Sequence record: MH595538.1 | Direction: 5' to 3' (one strand) | Length of the DNA: 64,000 nt | Shown here: one piece after another, positions 35,120 through 44,561 of the stretch | Position numbering within the stretch: the first letter of the stretch is position 1 | Layout: each line of letters begins with the position of its first letter | The notes under the pieces: model-generated | What the model saw: the letters and a program-made list of their open reading frames with translations, nothing else | Database searches by the model: none | What the model was told of the DNA's origin: nothing | Translations under genes and position numbers: made by a program

Positions 35120-35658
35120 TGAAAACTGATTTTATTGATGTACCTACCGTAACCGGACCGCGAGATATTTCGCTTAAAATAATTCGCGGTGCTAAAACCC
35201 TGATGACCTTCGGCACAAAAGACTTATGGGCTTTTGACCGTAAAGGGAATTTCTTTATTCCTCCGTCAGATCATTTGTTTAAGTTCAAAGCAAAGCATTA
35301 TGCGACGCTGACCATGGTGTCTGCGGCGACTCTTAAAGTTAGAGTAGATAAAATGCTTGCTGCTAATTCCGCTCAAATAATGTCTGTAGAATCACAAGGA
35401 GAGCAGTGGAGTGCATCATACATTGCAAAAGAACAGGCGATTGTTTTCACCTGCTTAAATTCTGAGCTCCCTACGTTCTACACTAAGATGACTGGCGATA
35501 AATCATTGAGCATGGGCTTTCAGCGAGAAGCGGGAATTACCTTCCCTGTGTTCTTTAAGGTTCATGTCGATGAATGGAAAATCATCGCTAAACATATCCA
35601 AGAATTTGCTGACCAAGGGACGTTTTTTAATAACGCCCCTGAGTCATCTTCTGAATAA
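35119..35658 (+). CDS. Hypothetical protein
   Basis: Start reassigned to MKTDFIDV (TAATG overlap, AAGGA RBS). Confidence 0.75.
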   Translation: MKTDFIDVPTVTGPRDISLKIIRGAKTLMTFGTKDLWAFDRKGNFFIPPSDHLFKFKAKHYATLTMVSAATLKVRVDKMLAANSAQIMSVESQGEQWSASYIAKEQAIVFTCLNSELPTFYTKMTGDKSLSMGFQREAGITFPVFFKVHVDEWKIIAKHIQEFADQGTFFNNAPESSSE

Positions 35659-35685
35659 GCCACCTAACAAAAAGAGTAACAGTAA

Positions 35686-37128
35686 ATGTTAAATGAATTA
35701 AAAATCCACGTTCTTGATTGTCGCGATATTGAATACTTCATGCGCCATGGCGAGATGGCCAAAGAGCCTTCTCATCTGGGCTATGTTGACGCATTGACCC
35801 CTGCAATGATGGGTGCCCTCAAATCACGCAGTGCAGCTGGCATCATGGAAGATCTTAAGAAGATCCGTGATAAAGGCGCTGACCATATCATCGGTCAGTT
35901 CTTCAAGAAGTACGGTCATGCATCCATTGGCCAAAACTCTGGCATCGTACAGATCTACATCGAAGGCTGTTCTATGCAGGCAGCAAAAGCCATACAGGAC
36001 TTTGTCTTCTATAACGGCCAAGAGTGTAGCACTCGTTATATCGACTTCACTGAATTCACTGGTGTCTATCCTCAGACAATGACGGATGAAATCAAAGAAG
36101 CGTTTGATGCTGCTTATGGTTATGCGAAGAACTTTTATACTGACGCACTAGAGTGGAAGAAAGAGGAACTAAAGAAGGAGATTCCTAACTATCCTTCTGT
36201 CTTTGGTAATGCCAGTGATGCTAAACGAGATAACATCATCAATGCAAAGGCATTCGATGTATGTCGCTCACTATTACCTACTGGTGCTCGCACCATGGTT
36301 GCATGGCATTCGCTGATTGAAACATTGACGTATCGCCTACCAGAACTAATGGCACATGAGCTTGAAGAAGTCGTCTATATTGCAGCGGCGCTTCATAAAG
36401 AACTCAGAAATAAATATCCTGATGCGATCAGTCAAGTTAACCCTGAAGTGCTTCTATACAACCAGGACAATCGTCAAGAACGAGAGTCTGCAGAAATCCA
36501 ACCTATCGAAGATTGCATTCTGGATACGTCTTTGCTAACTCCAAATGCACTAGGTAAACTGGCATTAGCGCGCAAGATGTCTAAACAGCGTTTATCCAAT
36601 CATTTAAAGTTGGAAGGCGTTGTTCGTTGGTCAATGAACATAGATTACGGCAGCTGGCGTGATCTGCAGAGACATCGCGAGATCTATACAAGCGAACCAA
36701 TCTTGACAGCTACGAATGGCTTCCATGAATGGTACTATGATGAACTCAAAGACATGCCTGGCTTTGATGCACGAATGAAAACAATGCGTCATCATATCAA
36801 CACTGTGAACAAGCTGGTTGGCCGCAATACCCGCACTGCTGCTTATGTCATTCCAATGGGCTTCAAAGTCAGTGCGACCATCGTATGTACGCTACCTCAG
36901 CTGGTTTATATCGGTGAATTGCGCAGTGGGCACACTGTACATCCTACGGCACGTAAAGCAGTGCTTGACATGATCGATCAGTTAACTGAAAAGACCAAGG
37001 AGACATTCCGCGAATTAGATCCTAGTTTTAATTTCAATGCATTCCTTCAGTTCAATTTTACTACAGACGCCCCTCGCTTATTCTACGCTAAGCGCGGCGA
37101 TCAAAACTTTGATGAAATACTCAAGTAA
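35686..37128 (+). CDS. thyX: Flavin-dependent thymidylate synthase, tandem two-domain form
   Basis: YGHASI, QECSTRY, RSLLP, WRDLQRHR, YVIPMG, ELRS..TVHP. Confidence 0.88.
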   Translation: MLNELKIHVLDCRDIEYFMRHGEMAKEPSHLGYVDALTPAMMGALKSRSAAGIMEDLKKIRDKGADHIIGQFFKKYGHASIGQNSGIVQIYIEGCSMQAAKAIQDFVFYNGQECSTRYIDFTEFTGVYPQTMTDEIKEAFDAAYGYAKNFYTDALEWKKEELKKEIPNYPSVFGNASDAKRDNIINAKAFDVCRSLLPTGARTMVAWHSLIETLTYRLPELMAHELEEVVYIAAALHKELRNKYPDAISQVNPEVLLYNQDNRQERESAEIQPIEDCILDTSLLTPNALGKLALARKMSKQRLSNHLKLEGVVRWSMNIDYGSWRDLQRHREIYTSEPILTATNGFHEWYYDELKDMPGFDARMKTMRHHINTVNKLVGRNTRTAAYVIPMGFKVSATIVCTLPQLVYIGELRSGHTVHPTARKAVLDMIDQLTEKTKETFRELDPSFNFNAFLQFNFTTDAPRLFYAKRGDQNFDEILK

Positions 37129-37189
37129 CCTAAACCAGGAGGGGTAAAACCCTCCTTTACTTTTATCTTATTTTAAAGAGAGCAATATT

Positions 37190-37540
37190 ATGCATGAAGA
37201 TTTTGAAATCATAGATTTAAGAGATGAACAAATTGCAAGTCATATCGACTTCCCCGATTTAGAAAATGTCAAGTTCACTTACGACAGTAACGACGACCTT
37301 TACTTTATCATCGGCGATGAGTGCATCAAATTCTATCTAAGCGAAGATCCTAATACAGACCCGCTAGGTCATTGCGAAGACGATTTAGACGCACTAGAAG
37401 TCATTTCTCAGTCATGGGGACTGGAAGGCGCACAAGAGTTCGCCATTGAATTCGAAAACACTGGCATCTTTGACTTAGCTAAACACGACGGAATTATTAT
37501 TCATTACCGTGATGAACATATGACACAGGAGTTATTCTAA
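37190..37540 (+). CDS. Hypothetical acidic protein
   Basis: After terminator at 37137-37156; 116 aa. Confidence 0.75.
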   Translation: MHEDFEIIDLRDEQIASHIDFPDLENVKFTYDSNDDLYFIIGDECIKFYLSEDPNTDPLGHCEDDLDALEVISQSWGLEGAQEFAIEFENTGIFDLAKHDGIIIHYRDEHMTQELF

Positions 37541-38226
37541 TGATCGGTACTTTAATTATTGCAGGCTGCCTACTAGTTTGCGCATTCATTGTTTTTCAAG
37601 GCATTAAATCCAATCGTCCTGAACTAACTGAAGATGAACTAGCTCAGAAAAGATGGCAGAAGATGGTTGAAGAGTCAGATGCTGAACTCGAAGAAGTCAT
37701 GGACAAACTAGACCGCGTCATTCATCATCGCACTGAGGAAGAGGGCTATTCGGACGGTGACTTCGATAAACAGGAACTTATGGGTCAGTATTTAGTTGAC
37801 CATCCCGATTCTGCTAAAGAAGAACCTGGCGATAAATCCTTGCAGATAGAGGTCAGTGACATAGAAGTTGTCTTCCACACGTTTAGCAATCAGTACGAAT
37901 CGGTAACGGTGAAAGGAGCTTTCAATGAGCCTATTGAAGGAGCGGAGCTAATCGAAAACGTATTCCCTGATCTACATAAGCATATCGTAAACGGCATGCG
38001 CATAAACAAACTAGCTCCTGGCGAAGATCCCAATGCTTACTTTGCTGGACCTGGCGCTCGAGGAAAAACCGTCTATCGCTATACGGTTATTAAGAAAGAA
38101 AATCCTCGTTTAATCAAACGTGACGATTACTATTATGGGCTACAGAGCTTTAGCACAAAACCAGTGAGTAAAGACAGTCCATTGATGAGTGCTGAAATCG
38201 TTATTGAGCTCACTCCTTATAATTAA
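37540..38226 (+). CDS. Membrane-anchored protein
   Basis: N-terminal TM (IGTLIIAGCLLVCAFIVF); TAATG overlap. Confidence 0.75.
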   Translation: MIGTLIIAGCLLVCAFIVFQGIKSNRPELTEDELAQKRWQKMVEESDAELEEVMDKLDRVIHHRTEEEGYSDGDFDKQELMGQYLVDHPDSAKEEPGDKSLQIEVSDIEVVFHTFSNQYESVTVKGAFNEPIEGAELIENVFPDLHKHIVNGMRINKLAPGEDPNAYFAGPGARGKTVYRYTVIKKENPRLIKRDDYYYGLQSFSTKPVSKDSPLMSAEIVIELTPYN

Positions 38227-38237
38227 AGGGTTTACTT

Positions 38238-38756
38238 ATGTTCCTTCCTCAAACAGAAGGCGTTGATCATATCAATATCTATACAAAGAGCAATACGGAA
38301 TTAGGTCGTATACTCACTAACATGTACTGGATGGACCCTCCAGTGAGGATGGGACATCATGGTTTATTTAGAACAATAGAAGGATGGTGGTACTATGTGA
38401 AGATAACGCAGTTGCTAGGAGATAAATATTGGAATGATAAAAGAGAGGTCTTATTTGACATGCAGGTCGGAAAAGGATTTGAAGTTAAAAAGATTGCTCG
38501 AAAGATTATCTCCAATATAGATCCAAAGAAACTTAAGCGATGGGATCATCATAAACATAAGAGCATGATGCTCATGGCTTTTCAAGCGAAGCTAAACGCA
38601 CTTCCTGAATTACAAAGACTACTAAAAGAGTCGACGTTACCCTTTGATCATTATTATGTCTATGGGACAGGAGAGAAAGCTATTCGTCGAGAAGCAGATG
38701 AACGCCATGCATGGCAAATTGCTGCTTGGACAAAACTCAGAGAGGGGCTTCAATAG
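38238..38756 (+). CDS. NADAR-superfamily protein
   Basis: ILTNMY...G..FRTIEGWWYYVK resembles LSNFY..F.S.EH.Y...K; MMLMAFQAKL..LPELQRLL resembles M..AL.AKF.Q...L...L. Confidence 0.65.
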   Translation: MFLPQTEGVDHINIYTKSNTELGRILTNMYWMDPPVRMGHHGLFRTIEGWWYYVKITQLLGDKYWNDKREVLFDMQVGKGFEVKKIARKIISNIDPKKLKRWDHHKHKSMMLMAFQAKLNALPELQRLLKESTLPFDHYYVYGTGEKAIRREADERHAWQIAAWTKLREGLQ

Positions 38757-38787
38757 TCCCTTTTATTAATGCACTAAAGGAAATATC

Positions 38788-39657
38788 ATGAAAACTATTC
38801 TTACGGTACTGCTTGCAACACTGACTTTGGTTGGTTGCGGGGATGCAATCAATCTGCCTGCTAACTATAAGGCTATCGTAATCGATAAAGATACAGGTCC
38901 TGACTTCAACAGGACATACAGCGGTACCAGTCTATACATTCCATATGGATTCCTTGAACGAGATCGTGCGCTATCAGTTGAAACATCACAAGGGGCTTAT
39001 TCGTTCAGTGCCGATGTTCCGATCAATGCATCTAATGGCCTGCCGGTTACGTTTAAATTCAACCTGGTTTTCCGTTTGCGCGAAGATATGGCATCATATC
39101 AAAAGGCAGTGGCGGGATATCGTTCTCAGCCATCTAAACTTAGCAGCTACTTGCGCTACATAAGCACTGAGAATATGGCACGTATTACACTAGCGCCTAT
39201 TGCAGTAGATACGGCAAGCAATGTCATTAACGGCCTAAACATGAGCATTGAAGATATCATGCTTAACATGCCAGCTGTGCGCGACTCCGTGCGTACTCAG
39301 TTTGATCAGATTGTTGCTGAATCACCTATTGAGATCATGCACCTGACCATGGATAATCCAATCTGGCCAGAGTCTGTTATTTCTCGCAAGCAAGATTTAC
39401 AAAAGATCAAGGATGATGAAAAGATTCAGCTTGATCGCCTAGCTATGGAAAAACGCCAGTTGGATAAAGAACATGCATTTGCTCTTGTCAAGGCAACTAA
39501 ACAGCTAGAACTGGATGAGAAATATGCAACTCGTTACGACGGTCCTAATGGCGAAATGTTATTGAAACAGCAGGTCGTTAAAGTCATGGAAACCTGCGCT
39601 GAAAAAGAGACAGGCTGCAACATTGTCATCACTGAAGGACTTGCTCCATGGAAGTAA
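38788..39657 (+). CDS. SPFH/band-7 family lipoprotein
   Basis: Lipobox LVGC after a hydrophobic signal; SPFH-like core and C-terminal coiled coil (NPIWPESVISRK...). Confidence 0.75.
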   Translation: MKTILTVLLATLTLVGCGDAINLPANYKAIVIDKDTGPDFNRTYSGTSLYIPYGFLERDRALSVETSQGAYSFSADVPINASNGLPVTFKFNLVFRLREDMASYQKAVAGYRSQPSKLSSYLRYISTENMARITLAPIAVDTASNVINGLNMSIEDIMLNMPAVRDSVRTQFDQIVAESPIEIMHLTMDNPIWPESVISRKQDLQKIKDDEKIQLDRLAMEKRQLDKEHAFALVKATKQLELDEKYATRYDGPNGEMLLKQQVVKVMETCAEKETGCNIVITEGLAPWK

Positions 39658-39944
39658 AGAAGAAGTACGCCCCTTGGTTTATCATCTTCTGTGCAGCAAT
39701 TGCAATGGGTCCTATTGGGGCTCTTTACATGTACGCTGCCGGACATATCTTTGCAGACAAGATTGTCAATCCTACGGTTGATTTTGTTGCCGGTGAAGAA
39801 GAACAGGTCATCGTCATTGATCATAATGAGAAACCAGATCTAACGCAGATCAAAACCGATACTACTAATTTTGTTCGCAAAGAAGAAAGGAACTTAGACG
39901 ATGAATTCAAGAAAAGCCTTGTCGAGTATACCGAAAGCCAATAA
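39648..39944 (+). CDS. Small membrane protein
   Basis: N-terminal TM; overlaps the SPFH gene. Confidence 0.65.
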   Translation: MEVKKKYAPWFIIFCAAIAMGPIGALYMYAAGHIFADKIVNPTVDFVAGEEEQVIVIDHNEKPDLTQIKTDTTNFVRKEERNLDDEFKKSLVEYTESQ

Positions 39945-40314
39945 GGAAGGACTCGGACAAATAAAGTTCGTAGCCGCTGTTATCATTATGGTTGTCTTAC
40001 TTGGAGTATTTGCAGGATTTGCTAAAGCACATACCTTGGAAGATAACCTGCCTGATTTCTATAGCTGTGACATTCTTATGAACGACCATCGTTATACGCC
40101 CGAAAAGGTTTATCAGGTCATGGATGTATTTAACTTAGAAACTGAAAAGTCGATGCACAATTTCATCAGAGATTGTGACATGTTAAATACCGGCAAGGGA
40201 TACTGGGATCAGTACATGGAAGATACCCGATATTATCATCGCCTCATGGAAGGACTGAGAGACTGGCGTGGTAACAAAGAACCAATCACAATTATCATTA
40301 AACCACCACTATAA
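39901..40314 (+). CDS. Membrane-anchored/exported protein
   Basis: Hydrophobic segment FVAAVIIMVVLLGVFAGFAKA; terminator at 40317-40339. Confidence 0.65.
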   Translation: MNSRKALSSIPKANKEGLGQIKFVAAVIIMVVLLGVFAGFAKAHTLEDNLPDFYSCDILMNDHRYTPEKVYQVMDVFNLETEKSMHNFIRDCDMLNTGKGYWDQYMEDTRYYHRLMEGLRDWRGNKEPITIIIKPPL

Positions 40315-40356
40315 TAATGAGGGGCGTGAAGCCCCTCATGCAAAGGACTTATTATT

Positions 40357-41343
40357 ATGAGACAAGAAAAACTAACTCTATTATCTGATATTCGATTCAC
40401 AGCAGCATGGCTTGCTATTGTTCCAGGCCGCGATGTCAATAGCCGTATTGTATTATCCTCTACGGGCATTCTAGATGGCCGTTATTCATTAAAGGATGTC
40501 TATAATGGCCTTTTCCATGGGAACGCTACATGGGCTTTAGAGCGCGATTTAAAGAACTTGCAAGATATCTATTGCCGTGAAGAAAAAGGTAATAAAATCA
40601 CTACGCTTGTATTTAAGAGACAACAGCCTAAAGCAGGTGAAGTAGTCATGGAAGTCGATTGCTGTCATGTTGACGATACTCTAAAGATAACCGAAACCTG
40701 GAAATCAGGCACTCACCAGAAACTGATCATGAGTGACGGTATATGCAAACAGAAACGTTTCTTTAATGCTGCAGGTACAATTGTCAAAGCAGAGAATCGC
40801 TGGTACGGCCTTAATGAACTCGGCGACGTCAGAGTGCGTGATGACAAAACCTATGATCCGGAAACTGGAGAAATGGTTCATTTTGGCAAGTCAATGAAAG
40901 TCATCGAACGCGACGATAAGAACCGTCCTATCTGTGTAGACATCATCTCTGATGAAAACTACAGGCAGAAGGAAACTAAGCGGTTTAAGGTATCTTACGT
41001 TAGCAATGGCAATGGCCTGACTGTGCAGCGCATGAAACACATTGACGAGCACGGTAAGAAAACCAGTATGGCATTCTATGTCGAAACATCACAGCTTATC
41101 TTCAATAACACAGATATGATGGCGGACGTGAAGATCAAATTCAAGCGCTTGCCAGACGGCAGTAATGTAATTGAAGAAAAAGTCAATGGTAACGGATCAG
41201 TTGAAACTTACCGTTATATTCTGGGTCGAAATAATGAGATTGCTAAGATCAAGAAAAAGCTAGTAACTCATCATGGCTCTGTTAATGAATTCCTGTTATT
41301 CAAACTAAAGAATACAAAGGGAGTGAATTCTGTAAGTAAGTAA
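40357..41343 (+). CDS. Beta-rich protein with degenerate YD/RHS-like strands
   Basis: KTYDPETGE, ERDDKNRP, TYRYILGRNNEI patterns. Confidence 0.6.
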   Translation: MRQEKLTLLSDIRFTAAWLAIVPGRDVNSRIVLSSTGILDGRYSLKDVYNGLFHGNATWALERDLKNLQDIYCREEKGNKITTLVFKRQQPKAGEVVMEVDCCHVDDTLKITETWKSGTHQKLIMSDGICKQKRFFNAAGTIVKAENRWYGLNELGDVRVRDDKTYDPETGEMVHFGKSMKVIERDDKNRPICVDIISDENYRQKETKRFKVSYVSNGNGLTVQRMKHIDEHGKKTSMAFYVETSQLIFNNTDMMADVKIKFKRLPDGSNVIEEKVNGNGSVETYRYILGRNNEIAKIKKKLVTHHGSVNEFLLFKLKNTKGVNSVSK

Positions 41344-41363
41344 AATAATAACTGGAGTAGACT

Positions 41364-41873
41364 ATGACAGCTTTGTATGAATATAACCTCATAAGGGCTG
41401 CGATGAGGCAATCTAAATATGTAGATGAGTCCATACGGGAAATTTATGCCTCGCATCTGATGGAAGGTTTTCACTCAGTCAAGTTTAAGTTCTTGGTGCG
41501 ATATACAGAAGGAAATCAATGGAAGGATATTGCTGACGGACTCGTATACTCAGACAACATGCTGATGATTCATAATGCGATCTATCAGACGGTTGACGTA
41601 GAATTAGGTTATAAAGGCTACTTGCCTAATTTCCTTGTCGAACGCAACGACATGTATTTCATGGATGTTGTCATAGATGACGAGCTAATGTTCTCTGCGC
41701 CCTTGAATTACGTGCTGACTATGTCATTTATCTATCGGGACCAAAGAGAACCACTAGTTTATGAGATGATCCCTAGACCATTCATCCTTGCTAATCGATC
41801 AGGAGGGACAATGAATATTCCTCAGTGTCTAGAATTGATAACTCATCCAGAGACTAACGAGAACATGCACTAA
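41364..41873 (+). CDS. Hypothetical protein
   Basis: GGAG RBS; bidirectional hairpin at 41875-41906. Confidence 0.75.
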   Translation: MTALYEYNLIRAAMRQSKYVDESIREIYASHLMEGFHSVKFKFLVRYTEGNQWKDIADGLVYSDNMLMIHNAIYQTVDVELGYKGYLPNFLVERNDMYFMDVVIDDELMFSAPLNYVLTMSFIYRDQREPLVYEMIPRPFILANRSGGTMNIPQCLELITHPETNENMH

Positions 41874-41929
41874 ATATACTCTGTAGCCTTTCGGCTACAG
41901 AGTATAAGTTTTAACGCTAAAAATGAATC

Positions 41930-42148
41930 CTACAGGACACAGCCGCCGCTTTCACAGCCGCCTAAATCTAGATCAGACAAATCTAGCTCGTCAAGCTCTT
42001 TCTTATTCTCCAAGACATCTTTTGCCTCGGTATAAAGACTCAGTACTGGCGAGTCTTCTTCTAGAAAGACACTGGCATCTTTGGCAATATGGCCGCAGAT
42101 AGCCTCTAGTTCATCGACAGAAAAATCTGCAAAGCGTCCGTTACTCAT
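41930..42148 (-). CDS. Small acidic protein ending in an NrdA-like CX4C tail
   Basis: GGAG RBS on the minus strand; ends LDLSDLDLGGCESGGCVL; own terminator. Confidence 0.75.
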   Translation of the reverse strand: MSNGRFADFSVDELEAICGHIAKDASVFLEEDSPVLSLYTEAKDVLENKKELDELDLSDLDLGGCESGGCVL

Positions 42149-42234
42149 TTCGTTTACTCCGGTTATTCAGTTTTAATTTTTAAGTTCTGGCAAAAGATTT
42201 ATATGACAGAACATCACACTAATGGAGATAGTTT

Positions 42235-42762
42235 ATGACCACATTGGTTGTTACAAAAGAAGCAGTCTATATAGACCATCGTGCAACCCGAGGACCTATG
42301 ATGGAAGACGGGCATGTCAAGTATGTTCGCTGGCCTAAAAAGGATCAGATTTTCTTCATCGTAGGCAAAGCTCAAACATCCAGGGACGCCATCAATTTCC
42401 TGATTACCGGGGAATGGAGGGATGAGGAAACCAAAAATAAATTCGTCGGTATGGAACATGGCTGCGAAGTCATCGTTTTAGACAGTGAAGGATTCGTTAA
42501 ATTTTCCGAACTGGAATGGAACGATGAAAAACAGACCGTAGTAGTTAAATCTATCGGAGATGTCTTTACTCCCGAAATGGAAAGCATTTATTGCTTAGGG
42601 TCTGGATCCCCATTTGCATACGGGGCTTATCATGCGAGCAATGGAAACATGGACATTGTGTATCGCACTATAAATATGATTAGTGGCTGTACCAGCGCAA
42701 GCTACGATCGAGTATGTCGCGCAACACGCAAAATTAAAACACATAAGGGTATCGCATGTTAA
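42235..42762 (+). CDS. Second N-terminal-threonine protease, HslV/proteasome-beta-like
   Basis: MTTLV, YIDHR, HVK, IVGK, LGSGSPFAYGA, GCTS. Confidence 0.75.
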   Translation: MTTLVVTKEAVYIDHRATRGPMMEDGHVKYVRWPKKDQIFFIVGKAQTSRDAINFLITGEWRDEETKNKFVGMEHGCEVIVLDSEGFVKFSELEWNDEKQTVVVKSIGDVFTPEMESIYCLGSGSPFAYGAYHASNGNMDIVYRTINMISGCTSASYDRVCRATRKIKTHKGIAC

Positions 42763-43352
42763 TTCTACTAGATCAAACGGTTTATGTCTTCGCCAATAAA
42801 AAGAATAACCCTCTAGATAAAGACAATGTCCTTTCGGTAAATGAAAGCGATAACTTCATTATGATTACTGAAGCTCCTAAGAAAATACAGGAACATACAA
42901 GACTACTGGATCAGCATGGCTTCAAGATAGAAGGAGAGATACGAAGAGAGCGTCGTGAAAATAAAAGGCGTCCCTTTAGTGATGAAGACATCGCATTTAC
43001 TGATGACTCAGACACCATTGTTTTCTGCTTAAATAAAAACCAAGACTTTCGTCATGGACTGCAGTTTCACGGAATTCTATTTTCTAAAGGAACCATTGCG
43101 TGCGCTAAGATAGCGGCAGGTGACACCAGTGCACAGTCGGCATTTGTAGACCGTTTCTTTAAAGGATGGGCTGTTGCTAAACTAATGGACAGCAAAGGCA
43201 AATTAAGGGATCTGGATGCCGATAAGATCATGACCGAGTTCTCTGAAGTGGCTAATAGTCAGTTGAAAGAACCTGCAAGGCTGATCGGCAAATATGTCTT
43301 TACTATCGACAAAGAAGGCAAGCCTAAATACGAGTTTGTGGAGATCAAGTAA
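42756..43352 (+). CDS. Partner of the second Ntn protease; possible inactive Ntn-fold subunit
   Basis: Overlapping start; similar size and secondary-structure order, no catalytic Thr. Confidence 0.5.
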   Translation: MLILLDQTVYVFANKKNNPLDKDNVLSVNESDNFIMITEAPKKIQEHTRLLDQHGFKIEGEIRRERRENKRRPFSDEDIAFTDDSDTIVFCLNKNQDFRHGLQFHGILFSKGTIACAKIAAGDTSAQSAFVDRFFKGWAVAKLMDSKGKLRDLDADKIMTEFSEVANSQLKEPARLIGKYVFTIDKEGKPKYEFVEIK

Positions 43353-43978
43353 TGTGGACACCAAACCCTATTCGTATCACTAATGGAAAGGTTTTTACTG
43401 AGCAAGTAATCAATAATCAAAAGCTCACACTCAATGGTGTTGACCAAGGTATATTCCTGGGTGCTCTTGCAGATTTTATAATAGATTACTTTCGTATAGA
43501 AGGGACAGTAGAGCATAATTCAGCTGAAGAGATGTTCGAATGCATACGACAGTTCTATCTTGGCGCAATGCGATGGAAGGATGAAGGTCTTGCGACGCCT
43601 AAGCACAAGGTCCTGTATGTGCGCGATTCTGATGACAGATTAAGCTTTAGAGTAAAACCAAAAACCATGCTAGATTTGACCTTTCATGAACTTGGCTTTA
43701 TCAATAACAAATTTGGTCTCAGTTTCGATTATCCTCCTGTCCTTCAAAAAGAAGAGGAGTATATCATTAGTGACAATCGAAATAATAACCCGTTTGTAAT
43801 CAAGGCCCTTGTAAAATGCTACTTGCCAGATGGAGCTTATGTTGAATTTACTGATCATCCTGAAAGCAAAGATAAATGGCTAGCCGAAAACAAACATCTT
43901 ATTATAGAAGTTAAAAAGCACCATATTGTACATTCCGGCTATTTCCACAGCATTCAAGCAACTGCTAAATCCATGTAA
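43352..43978 (+). CDS. Hypothetical protein
   Basis: TAATG overlap; terminator at 43984-44006. Confidence 0.75.
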   Translation: MWTPNPIRITNGKVFTEQVINNQKLTLNGVDQGIFLGALADFIIDYFRIEGTVEHNSAEEMFECIRQFYLGAMRWKDEGLATPKHKVLYVRDSDDRLSFRVKPKTMLDLTFHELGFINNKFGLSFDYPPVLQKEEEYIISDNRNNNPFVIKALVKCYLPDGAYVEFTDHPESKDKWLAENKHLIIEVKKHHIVHSGYFHSIQATAKSM

Positions 43979-44021
43979 CTAATAAGGGTCTCCTTCGGGA
44001 GACCTTAACTTATTTTTAAAT

Positions 44022-44040
44022 CTATATTATCTGAGTGTAA
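44022..44040 (+). promoter_or_regulatory. Putative early-type promoter motif
   Basis: CTATATTATCTGAGTGTAA after a terminator. Confidence 0.5.
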
Positions 44041-44060
44041 TAAACCAAGGAGACAATAGT

Positions 44061-44561
44061 ATGTCTAAGTTAAATGTAATTCAATTCTGTATCACACGAT
44101 GCCTGGATGTCAAGCCAATGACACTTAACCAGCTTCACTCTATTCTGACTCTATTCAATGATATCTGGAGTAAACAAACCATTCGTCAATGGCTAAATAA
44201 AACATCGGACGTGGAATGCAACGAGTCTTATGCCAAAGCTAGTCCAACGTATTACTATAAGCACGGCAATGTTGCTATAGGCAATGTTCCGGAAGATCTA
44301 CCTATCGACATGGCATTACTGCTTTGTACAAGATATGAACTGGATCGAATGTATACCGGAATGACGGTTAAGACCAATCAGCTCAGATCAAAGATTATGA
44401 GCATTGCTCCTGCAAGTGCCATCGAAAGTCGATTGACTGAATTAAAGGTCAGTCAACTAATCGCCAATCAAGAAAAAATAATCTCAGTCTATCGTGAAAT
44501 GAACAAAGAAGATGAAGCTTTCTTCCTAGCAAGGAAACTGCTTGAAGACCATAATTTTTAA
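44061..44561 (+). CDS. Hypothetical protein, possible winged-helix N-terminus
   Basis: AAGGAG RBS; helix-helix-strand pattern (weak). Confidence 0.7.
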   Translation: MSKLNVIQFCITRCLDVKPMTLNQLHSILTLFNDIWSKQTIRQWLNKTSDVECNESYAKASPTYYYKHGNVAIGNVPEDLPIDMALLLCTRYELDRMYTGMTVKTNQLRSKIMSIAPASAIESRLTELKVSQLIANQEKIISVYREMNKEDEAFFLARKLLEDHNF

